Virus record (IMG/VR): IMGVR_UViG_3300017645_000202
Span: 1-63,311 of that record
Direction: 5' to 3' (one strand)
Length of the DNA stretch: 63,311 bases
From: a virus
Taxonomy: Duplodnaviria; Caudoviricetes
Below the pieces are notes generated by a model. The model searched no databases and was not told where the DNA came from. It saw nothing but the letters and a program-made list of their open reading frames with translations. Positions within the stretch are counted from its first letter, which is position 1, and each line of letters starts with the position of its first letter. A program made the position numbers and the translations under genes. Positions 8,922 to 16,236 of the stretch are shown piece after piece.

Positions 8922-9554
8922 CTAGGCGCTGGGCGTCCAGCCGAGATCGGTATTCAGCGGATCAATAACGCCCACTATGACCCCGACGATCTGCGCGTCG
9001 TCCCTCTGGGTGTCCAGCGGGACGGCGTTGCCCTTCGAGGAGTTCGTGATGAGCAGCCGCGGGGGCACGTATTGCCGCAATAGCCGCACGGCCCGCCCGG
9101 GTTCGCCTGGCGGATGATAGGCGACCTGAACGGGCCGCAGCGGGCGCAGCGCATCCATCGCAGATTGGGAATCATCGACAACCAGCAGGTGGCCCGGCCG
9201 GATGCCGATGTTGTCGCAAACGTCGGAACCCGCCGTCCAAAGGTAGCGATTTGGGCCAATCAACGCTGCGAAAGGGTCGTTCTGATGAGGCTCATAAGGC
9301 GTCATATCGCTCTCGGTGAACCCTGGGAGCGCCTGCCCGTGACCCGCACCGAGGTGCGTAGGGTCCGCTTGCAGGATGATCGCCAGCTTGACGCGCTCCT
9401 CGAGCGGCAGATGCTTCTGCTTCCCCACCAGATACTCGTGCAAATATCCGCGGTGGCGGCCGAGCTGTGTTGAAACCCTCGACTCGCTAAATCGCATTTC
9501 GCGTAGCCGTTCGCGGATGAAGCGGCGAAGCGCATCCTGTTGGTCATCTTGCAT
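8922..9554 (-). CDS. CI-like phage repressor
   Basis: N-terminal HTH (SESRVSTQLGRHRGYLHEYL), degenerate S24-like C-domain (GIRPGHLLVVD...IVGVIVG), divergent from cro; alternative start 9590. Confidence 0.8.
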   Translation of the reverse strand: MQDDQQDALRRFIRERLREMRFSESRVSTQLGRHRGYLHEYLVGKQKHLPLEERVKLAIILQADPTHLGAGHGQALPGFTESDMTPYEPHQNDPFAALIGPNRYLWTAGSDVCDNIGIRPGHLLVVDDSQSAMDALRPLRPVQVAYHPPGEPGRAVRLLRQYVPPRLLITNSSKGNAVPLDTQRDDAQIVGVIVGVIDPLNTDLGWTPSA

Positions 9555-9586
9555 GGCCGTTAACTTATCCTGCACCCCCAGGTGCG

Positions 9587-9647
9587 GCATCCAACATAAT
9601 TAGCGCCAATTTATGATTGCCTCTTGACGGCGTTGGATGAATCCAAC
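9587..9647 (+). promoter_or_regulatory. OR-like operator and PR promoter
   Basis: TTGACG (9624-9629) followed by perfect inverted repeat GTTGGAT-GA-ATCCAAC (9632-9647); additional ATCCAAC half-site near 9589. Confidence 0.65.
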
Positions 9648-9658
9648 ATCCATGGATC

Positions 9659-9901
9659 ATGGAGACCGTCGAGCAATTCAGGATCCGAGTAGAGGCGTTC
9701 CTCGAAAGTACGGGCATGGCGAAGTCGAAACTCGGTCGTCTTGCCTGCAACGACCCGCGCTTCATCGACGATATGCGGGCCGGGATGGAGTTCCGCTCTG
9801 CGAAGGTTGGGCGCGTCGAGGCGTTCATGCGCGGTTACGAGGCCTGCCTCGCCGCAAGTACCGACGCGAAGGCGCAGGCGCACGAGTTGACGGTAGCGTG
9901 A
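9659..9901 (+). CDS. Cro-like regulator
   Basis: VEAFLESTGMAKSKLGRLACNDPRFIDDMRAG...RVEAFM, the alphaproteobacterial phage Cro-type pattern; divergent from cI. Confidence 0.8.
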   Translation: METVEQFRIRVEAFLESTGMAKSKLGRLACNDPRFIDDMRAGMEFRSAKVGRVEAFMRGYEACLAASTDAKAQAHELTVA

Positions 9902-10238
9902 AGCGGATGCGCTGGGCGCCGGGTTGGCCCCCGCGACGTTCAGAGGGTGCGCGTCCGCCGCACCGTGCCGTCCCTAGACGACGCGACCGATCCGGCTGGG
10001 CCCCATAGCAGCCGCCCGGGTCGGTGACCTCCAAGGGGGACAGGTAACGAGTACCCCCGACTTTTTCGGCCGGCGATGTCGAGCCGAAAGGGTGCCAGCG
10101 TCGAGCGCACCATGTGCGTTCCGCCCTGCCACCCGCCGGTGTGTCAGGACCTGTTGCGTCCGTTGCGTTCGCGTCTCGCTTTTTCTCTCTCACCCGGCCG
10201 GCGCCGCAATCGCCGGCCGGGCAACAGGGACGGGTCCC

Positions 10239-10913
10239 GTGCTCGACAACGTCGACGCCATCGCTGTGATTGCCGGGCTCGCGTGCATCGTGAGCGCGGT
10301 CGGGCTGCGGCTCGTCGACCGGCGCCATGATAAGCGCACCCGGCCGAGTCCCGTCCCCCGTCCCGGGTTGGACCCGGGGCGAGTCCCGGGGCAGGCGAGG
10401 TCCGGCCCGCGGGACGACAGCCGGGCCGGCGCGCCCGTTTCCATCATGCAACTCGGCACGCACGCGACCGCCGTCGAGTTCGTCGGCTGGATGCGCGCGA
10501 TGGGGTTCGCCGGATGCCGCCGCTCCGCTGCCGAGATCGTCGATTTTTACCGGTGGTTCTGCTCCGACCTGCACATCGCCCCGCTCGGCGAGGGCGAGTT
10601 TCTCGCGGCGCTGGGCAACCACCGGCAGGTGCGCAAAAAGCGCGACCGGATCAAGTGCCCCAAGACGGGCAAGGTGCTCAAGCTCGCGAGCGGCACGCCC
10701 GCGCGCACCCGCTATTACACCGTGCTCGATGCCGACACGGTGCGCCTGCCGACCGGCGTGGCGCCCGCTGCGCCCCGTGCTGAGTCCCGGCCCCAGACCC
10801 GGGAGTCCCGGGGGGATGGCCGGGGGCCGGTGCGCGCTCAGCCGCGCAAACAGGCCAATGCACGTCCATCCGCTGACGACCTGATCGCCGGCCACGAAAG
10901 GATCGCGGCATGA
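10239..10913 (+). CDS. Membrane-anchored hypothetical protein with a possible winged-helix domain
   Basis: TM segment AIAVIAGLACIVSAVGL, Pro/Arg linker, YRWFC...LGEGEFLAAL domain; start uncertain. Confidence 0.6.
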   Translation: MLDNVDAIAVIAGLACIVSAVGLRLVDRRHDKRTRPSPVPRPGLDPGRVPGQARSGPRDDSRAGAPVSIMQLGTHATAVEFVGWMRAMGFAGCRRSAAEIVDFYRWFCSDLHIAPLGEGEFLAALGNHRQVRKKRDRIKCPKTGKVLKLASGTPARTRYYTVLDADTVRLPTGVAPAAPRAESRPQTRESRGDGRGPVRAQPRKQANARPSADDLIAGHERIAA

Positions 10914-11338
10914 GCGGCTTTGTCGACAAGGTCGAGCGGCTTCCGCGCACATTCCTCACGGAGCGCGCGCAAGGCAAGCCCGCGCGCCGCAGCGTCGATG
11001 GGCCGACGGAGGAGGAAATTCACCGCTCCGTCATCGCTTGGCTTGAGCGTCGTGGCGCAGATCGTGTGTTTTTCTTCCACGTTCCGAACGGCGAGATTCG
11101 CCATCGCGGCGCGGCCGGAAAGCTGAAGGCGATGGGCACCAGGGCGGGCGTGCCTGACCTCGTGCTCATCAGGGACGGCCACGCGTACGGCCTGGAGATC
11201 AAGGCGGCAGGTGGGCGGCAATCGCCCGCGCAGCGGAACGTCGAGCAGCAATGGGAAAGGGCGGGCGCAACGTATGCCGTGACGCACGGTCTCGACTACG
11301 CGCTCGACCAACTGCGGGAATGGGGGCTGCTGGAATGA
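10910..11338 (+). CDS. VRR-NUC domain nuclease
   Basis: TEEEIH...FFHVPNGE...GTRAGVPDL...LEIKA..GRQSPAQ PD-(D/E)XK pattern. Confidence 0.9.
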   Translation: MSGFVDKVERLPRTFLTERAQGKPARRSVDGPTEEEIHRSVIAWLERRGADRVFFFHVPNGEIRHRGAAGKLKAMGTRAGVPDLVLIRDGHAYGLEIKAAGGRQSPAQRNVEQQWERAGATYAVTHGLDYALDQLREWGLLE

Positions 11339-11529
11339 GCAAGCAGGATTCCGGTTTCGTCGCACGCATCGCCGATGCGCTGCGCGGTGCTGTGCCGGTC
11401 AGCGACAGCGCACGCGCTGCGGCTGAGGGTGTGCGCGCCGCTTCGACCCGCGTCACAGCGTTGCCGAACGGACGGCTGCCGCCGCCGCCGACGCGGCCGG
11501 GGTACGAGGCTGATCTTTTAGACGACTGA
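11335..11529 (+). CDS. Hypothetical small protein
   Basis: ATGA overlap with the VRR-NUC gene. Confidence 0.5.
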   Translation: MSKQDSGFVARIADALRGAVPVSDSARAAAEGVRAASTRVTALPNGRLPPPPTRPGYEADLLDD

Positions 11530-11573
11530 CACGAGGGGATAGAGGCTTTGCTGATGGCGAACGGTTCACGAAC

Positions 11574-11711
11574 TGATGGCCGGCGCACTTGCGCCGAGCG
11601 CCCTTGGCGCTTGAGCCGCTGCGCGGCTGGTACGCGGCAGCCAAGGGCCCGTCATGGCGAAGCCATGCTCCGCATGGACGGCCGTCGCGGCGTTGCCGCG
11701 GCCATCAACGC
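11574..11711 (+). ncRNA. Structured repeat element E1 (multi-hairpin; candidate ncRNA)
   Basis: Closing stem TGATGGCC/GGCCATCA; hairpins CGGCGC-ACTT-GCGCCG, AGCGCC-CTT-GGCGCT, AGCCGC-TGC-GCGGCT, ATGGC-GAA-GCCAT, CGCGGC-GTT-GCCGCG. Confidence 0.55.
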
Positions 11712-11891
11712 TTTCGACAGTTGCCGCTGAGCGCTGCGTATCCGCGGGTGTCAGTAAAAGTTTGAGCCTCCGAGGCGGCAACCGCGGAGGCTCCAAGGTC
11801 GGAGCGCGGGGGGCGCTCCGTAGATGGGCATGGGGGTGCCCAGAACGACGCGCAGAATCTCATTCGCGCCGTTCTCGGTCAAGCCCCGTGA

Positions 11892-13082
11892 ATGAAAGAC
11901 GGGGACGGAGTGGCACACGAACTCTCGGGCATGTGCTGGCTGATCGATTTCCCATCACCGTCGATGAGGCTGGTGATGATGAAGATCTGCGACTGTGCAG
12001 ACGAAGACGGCACGAACATCTTTCCGTCCGTCGCCACGATCCAACGGGAGACGGGGCTCGGCCAGAGTACCGTCCGCGAATGCATCGCTGCGTTCGAGGA
12101 GGCAGGCCTTCTCATCGTGAAGGCGAACAAGTTCGGCAACCGTCAGGGCAAGACGACGACGATCCGGGAGCTGGACACCGACCGACTTCGCCTGATCACG
12201 GGTAAGCGTCGCCGCGGGCAGACGCCGATCCCGTCGACGCACGTTCTGCGTCGCGGCGAGATCGACATTCCAGCACGGTCCGGTGACAGCGACGAAACCA
12301 TTTCCGTCTTCGTGCCGGGCGCTGCGCTGCCCAGCTATGTGGATGCACGCGGTGAGCCGCGCGTCGCGCAAGCGTTTGCGCTTTTTCTGCGGGACGAGCA
12401 TGCCGCTGGTGAAGAGGGCACCCCTCCAGCCAGTGGAGGGGTAGATGCAGGCTCCACCCCTCCAGTGAGTGGAGGGGCACCCCTCCAGCCACTGGAGGGG
12501 TACCCCTCCAGCCAGTGGACCCCACCCCTCCAGCCAGTGGAGGGCACCCCTCCAGTGGCTGGACCCAACCCTTCACTTGACCCTTCCCTTAAAGACTCCC
12601 CCCCTCCCCCCCGCCGGCGGCGGGGGGTGAGAGAAGACGGGCTTCTCGACGAAGTTCGAAAGTCCAAGCGGCACTGTGGACGAGCGTTTGAAAAGCTGTT
12701 GGCGCCCCTGTTGACGAGGTTGCCGCTGAAAGCGCCCAAGCCAACGCAGGCGCTGGAAGCACTGGCAGACCTTGCAGAGGCTCAGCAGGACGACGTTCTG
12801 GACGAAGCGTTGTCGCTACTCACCACGCCGGGCACCAAGAACTATCGCGAGTTCGACGTTCGAGTTCCCAACATCGAAGGCGCCATCGACGCGGCAAACA
12901 AGATCATCACCAACCGCAAGATGCGCGACCATGGCCCGCTACTGTGGCGCGGCTCTGCAGCCTTCAACGAAGCGATTGCCAAGGTTCAAGCCGTCCACCC
13001 GGAATTCGCCTGGGAGCTGAGCCAGCGGGACATGGTCAAGCGTAGCGAGCTCAAGGCCTACGGCGTGGAGCAGCAGCCATGA
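11892..13082 (+). CDS. Phage replication initiator (N-terminal HTH, lambda-O-like layout)
   Basis: RLVMMKICDCADEDG..IFPSVATIQRETGLGQSTVRECI HTH; internal iterons; probable start GTG 11910. Confidence 0.85.
   Translation: MKDGDGVAHELSGMCWLIDFPSPSMRLVMMKICDCADEDGTNIFPSVATIQRETGLGQSTVRECIAAFEEAGLLIVKANKFGNRQGKTTTIRELDTDRLRLITGKRRRGQTPIPSTHVLRRGEIDIPARSGDSDETISVFVPGAALPSYVDARGEPRVAQAFALFLRDEHAAGEEGTPPASGGVDAGSTPPVSGGAPLQPLEGYPSSQWTPPLQPVEGTPPVAGPNPSLDPSLKDSPPPPRRRRGVREDGLLDEVRKSKRHCGRAFEKLLAPLLTRLPLKAPKPTQALEALADLAEAQQDDVLDEALSLLTTPGTKNYREFDVRVPNIEGAIDAANKIITNRKMRDHGPLLWRGSAAFNEAIAKVQAVHPEFAWELSQRDMVKRSELKAYGVEQQP
12420..12563. repeat. Replication origin iterons (6 copies)
   Basis: ACCCCTCCAGnnnnTGGA(GGGG) at 12420, 12456, 12479, 12502, 12524 and 12546; four copies are near-palindromic and two lack the GGG arm. 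Confidence 0.85.
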
Positions 13083-13567
13083 TCGCCGCCGCGCCATACC
13101 ACGAGCCGGCCGAGCGCGATGATCCGCGCAACGCGCTGCTCGACACCATGGCCAACCAGATCGCCGATCTGCTCGAAAGCGCCCTGCGCAACGATGTTCT
13201 CGAGCCGCTGCTCGCGCGCATCGAGAGCCAGGCGCCCGCGCTGCATCGCCGGCTCGGCATCGCAATTCCCGCGCCGGCCGCCGCCGCGGCGCCGTGCGGT
13301 GCTCCCGCAGCACCAGCGGCCGGCGTGGGACGTGTGGATACGACGGAGGCCGAGCTGCGCCTCGCCACCGTGCTGGCGGCGCTGAAGATGGCGGCGCCAA
13401 AGACCACCGCTGCGCGCGAGCTGCACGATAGGGCGCGCATGGTCGTGCTGTCGGACCTCGCTGCGTTGCGTGCCGCCGGCAGCGCCATCGCCGCGCGGCG
13501 GCACCGTGACGTGCCGAAGCCAGAGCCGGTCGGGTTCTTCGCCGACGACGCTGGGGGTGGGATGTGA
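13079..13567 (+). CDS. Hypothetical protein
   Basis: ATGA-coupled to the initiator gene. Confidence 0.65.
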   Translation: MIAAAPYHEPAERDDPRNALLDTMANQIADLLESALRNDVLEPLLARIESQAPALHRRLGIAIPAPAAAAAPCGAPAAPAAGVGRVDTTEAELRLATVLAALKMAAPKTTAARELHDRARMVVLSDLAALRAAGSAIAARRHRDVPKPEPVGFFADDAGGGM

Positions 13568-13620
13568 TGTTTGTTCCTGACACGAGCGGCGGGAAGCATG
13601 GCGTGCGGTTGGCGTTGCCC

Positions 13621-13694
13621 GCGTTGATGGCCGCGCCAACGGCGCGGGGCCCCTTGGGCCCTGGCTACCGCGTGCAAGCGGAGCGGGCGTCAAC
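13621..13694 (+). repeat. Structured repeat element E2
   Basis: GTTGATG/CGTCAAC closing stem; CGCGCC-AAC-GGCGCG, GGGCCC-CTT-GGGCCC, CCGC-GTGCAA-GCGG hairpins; directly before the MT-A70 RBS. Confidence 0.7.
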
Positions 13695-13709
13695 CGGATG
13701 GAGCGCGCC

Positions 13710-14369
13710 ATGAGCATCCATCCGCCAGCCACATCGTTCGTGCAGCCCGGCATGTTCGACGACGTGCGCCACACGAACTGGCCGTTCTCGCCGCTCGAGC
13801 CGCAGGCCTACGACCTCATCATGGCCGACCCGCCGTGGAGGTTCGAACTCTATTCGGAACGCGGCGAGGGCAAGAGCGCCCAGGCGCACTACGCCACCAT
13901 GACGCTCGACGACATCGCACACCTGCCGGTGGCGGATCTGGCGCGCGGAAATTGCCTGCTGTGGCTGTGGGCGACGGCGCCGATGCTCGACAAGCAGATC
14001 GTCATCCTGAAGCGCTGGGGTTTTCGCTTCGTCACCTCCGGCGTGTGGGTGAAGAAGACCGTCACAGGCAAGACCGATTTCGGCACCGGCTACGTGCTGC
14101 GCTCCGCGCACGAGCCCTTCCTCATCGGCGCGATCGGCGAGCCGCAGACCTCGCGCTGTGTGCGCTCGGTGGTCGAAGGCGTGCGGCGCGAGCATTCGCG
14201 AAAGCCGGAAGCAGCTTATCGCGCAGCGGAGGCGCTCGTGCCGGGCAGCGTACGCCGCGCCGATCTCTTCACCCGCGAAACACGCCCGGGCTGGGAAGCC
14301 TGGGGGAATGAAGTCGGGAAGTTTGATGAGCTTTCTGCTTCGGACACGAGCGGAGGGAAGCATGCCTGA
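13710..14369 (+). CDS. MT-A70 family N6-adenine methyltransferase
   Basis: IMADPPW, HYATM, LWLWAT, WGFRF...WVK, GYVLRSAHE, HSRKPE, LFTRE..PGWEAWGNE. Confidence 0.93.
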   Translation: MSIHPPATSFVQPGMFDDVRHTNWPFSPLEPQAYDLIMADPPWRFELYSERGEGKSAQAHYATMTLDDIAHLPVADLARGNCLLWLWATAPMLDKQIVILKRWGFRFVTSGVWVKKTVTGKTDFGTGYVLRSAHEPFLIGAIGEPQTSRCVRSVVEGVRREHSRKPEAAYRAAEALVPGSVRRADLFTRETRPGWEAWGNEVGKFDELSASDTSGGKHA

Positions 14370-14389
14370 TGGCTGCGCATTCGCGAGTG

Positions 14390-14513
14390 GATGGCCGCGG
14401 CAACGCCGCGGGGCCCCTTGGGCCCTGGCTGCCGCTCCTAAGCCGCGCAGCGGCTCAGGCGCGTCATGGCCGAGCCATGCTTCGCATGGACGGGCGCCCG
14501 GCGCGAACGCCGG
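14390..14513 (+). repeat. Structured repeat element E3
   Basis: CGCGGC-AAC-GCCGCG, GGGCCC-CTT-GGGCCC, AGCCGC-GCA-GCGGCT, ATGGC-CGA-GCCAT, CCGGCG-CGAA-CGCCGG; shares direct and inverted blocks with E1. Confidence 0.7.
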
Positions 14514-14539
14514 ATTTCAACACAACGGAGGGCAGATCA

Positions 14540-14962
14540 ATGACTGAGACGACTCCACAGGTGTCAGTAGAAAAAATAGATCGCATGGAGCTGCGCCAGC
14601 GCATCGATATGCACGAAGCGCAACGGGCGAAGATCGTAGACGAGATGAACGAAGCGTCGGCTTCGTTCAATGCGCGCATCGAGGTCATCCAGCGCGAGCG
14701 GATGGAGGCGACGGCGGCCATCCAGGCGCGGCTCGATGCGCACGACAAGGTGCGGGGCATCTATGACGACGTGCTCGAATTCGACGACAGCGATGATGAA
14801 AACCCCATTCGCTGCTGTGTCACCGGGCTGATCCTGCTCGATGACGATGTGCTCGTGAAAGACGCGTACGGCCGCCGGGCGCTGGCCGCCGCCGTGAACT
14901 GGCCGGACCCGCCGCAGGGCCTGCCCGACGTCGAAGAGTATGAGGACGAGGAAGCGGCGTGA
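14540..14962 (+). CDS. Hypothetical coiled-coil protein
   Basis: GGAGG RBS before ATG 14540. Confidence 0.7.
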   Translation: MTETTPQVSVEKIDRMELRQRIDMHEAQRAKIVDEMNEASASFNARIEVIQRERMEATAAIQARLDAHDKVRGIYDDVLEFDDSDDENPIRCCVTGLILLDDDVLVKDAYGRRALAAAVNWPDPPQGLPDVEEYEDEEAA

Positions 14963-15363
14963 TGGATGCGATCGGCAAAAACACCGCGCGGGGCCGCGAT
15001 CTACGCCACCGCGCCGAGACGATCGCGGGCAAAGAGCGCTCGCTCGACGAGCTGAGCGGCCAAGTGAAAGAGCTCAAGGCGGAGATCAGGGACCTCTACA
15101 AGGACGCCGCGAGCAACGGCTATTCGCTCAAGGTTCTGCGCGGCGTGATGAAAGAATTTCACATGCCGGAAGGCGAGCGCGAGGCGCACTACCAGATGGA
15201 GATGGAGTTCGCCGCTGAGGTGGAGATCTATCGGCACGCGCTGGGCTTCGTAAAAGACGACTCCATTGAGACGACGATCTCAATCAACGGCGGCCCGGCC
15301 GCCCCAATCAGCGTCGTGCGGGCGGCCGTCGACGAGGTCAAGCGCGCCAAAGTGCCGGCATGA
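14962..15363 (+). CDS. gapR: GapR/DUF2312 (UPF0335)-like DNA-binding protein
   Basis: KELKAEIRDLYKDAASNGYSLKVLRGVMK..M...ER...YRHALG. Confidence 0.75.
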   Translation: MDAIGKNTARGRDLRHRAETIAGKERSLDELSGQVKELKAEIRDLYKDAASNGYSLKVLRGVMKEFHMPEGEREAHYQMEMEFAAEVEIYRHALGFVKDDSIETTISINGGPAAPISVVRAAVDEVKRAKVPA

Positions 15364-15743
15364 GCATCACCTTGAAAGAACTTCTCGGCGATGGCGCGCG
15401 CGCCGAAGGCTTCGAAGAATTCACGGCCTTCGTCGACGGGCTCGTGGCCCAGAAACCGGAAGGGATGACCCCAGACGATATGTGCTTCGTGCGCCTGGTG
15501 CGCATCATGGCCACCGCGGCAACCGAAGGCGCCAACCAGGAAACGTCGTCGTTTGGCATCGACGTGCCTGTCGTGCTGCTCGAGCTATGCCGCGCGGCCG
15601 GGTTTGCCGTCGCTAGCGCTGCGCTTTCCGTGAGCGACGAGAACACCGACCTCGACCGGCTGCGCGAAGGGATCATGGAGAGTATGGCGCTGGGCGTCGA
15701 CTTCATGATCGAGCACACCCGCAAGCACCGGGTGGCGGCATGA
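15360..15743 (+). CDS. Hypothetical protein
   Basis: ATGA-coupled ORF. Confidence 0.7.
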   Translation: MSITLKELLGDGARAEGFEEFTAFVDGLVAQKPEGMTPDDMCFVRLVRIMATAATEGANQETSSFGIDVPVVLLELCRAAGFAVASAALSVSDENTDLDRLREGIMESMALGVDFMIEHTRKHRVAA

Positions 15744-16057
15744 AGCAGCGCCCCAGCATCGACGACATCATCAACGCCGCATGCGCGGCGACCGCCATCT
15801 CACGGCCGCAGTTCCACGGCGTGCGGCGGCCGGCGCATCTCGCCTATGCGCGCCAGATCGCGGCCCACGTCGCACATGTGCACGGCTATTCGTATCCGCA
15901 GATCGGACGCGCGTTCGGGCGCGACCACACCACGGTTTTGCACAGCGTGCGAAAGATCGAAGCCCTGCGCGACGCGGGGCATGTCGGCATCGTCGCGGCG
16001 CTTGCGCGGGTGCAGGAGCTTGCGGCGTCGTACGCGGCGGGACGGGTGCCGGCATGA
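15740..16057 (+). CDS. Stand-alone DnaA C-terminal (domain IV) HTH protein
   Basis: ARQIA...SYPQIGRAFGRDHTTVLHSVRKIE DnaA signature. Confidence 0.88.
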   Translation: MKQRPSIDDIINAACAATAISRPQFHGVRRPAHLAYARQIAAHVAHVHGYSYPQIGRAFGRDHTTVLHSVRKIEALRDAGHVGIVAALARVQELAASYAAGRVPA

Positions 16058-16236
16058 CGAACAGGCAGATCGCCATTTTCTCCTACGGGCTGGCGTGCGG
16101 GCTGCTGATGGCGGCCGTCGAGCTGTTCGTGCACGCCGCGCTCGACCGCCGGTTGCTGGTGACGGCGCTCGCGGGCGGGGCGGCTCTGACGGGGCTGATC
16201 GGCCTCGTGCATGCGCGGGGGAGGGTTGAGAGATGA
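16054..16236 (+). CDS. Small two-TM membrane protein
   Basis: MTNRQIAIFSYGLACGLLMAAVELFV...; coupled ORF. Confidence 0.6.
   Translation: MTNRQIAIFSYGLACGLLMAAVELFVHAALDRRLLVTALAGGAALTGLIGLVHARGRVER

Noticed and set aside
11548-11730. 60-aa ORF over E1 resembling the N-terminus of ORF 14369
   Set aside because: The peptide similarity (ARHG.AMLRMDGR) follows from the DNA repeat, and part of the element is inverted between copies, which argues against selection at the protein level.
12420-12563. Palindromic repeat array as a CRISPR array
   Set aside because: Spacers are only about 1-14 bp, the array lies inside the initiator ORF and no cas genes are present; it fits iterons.
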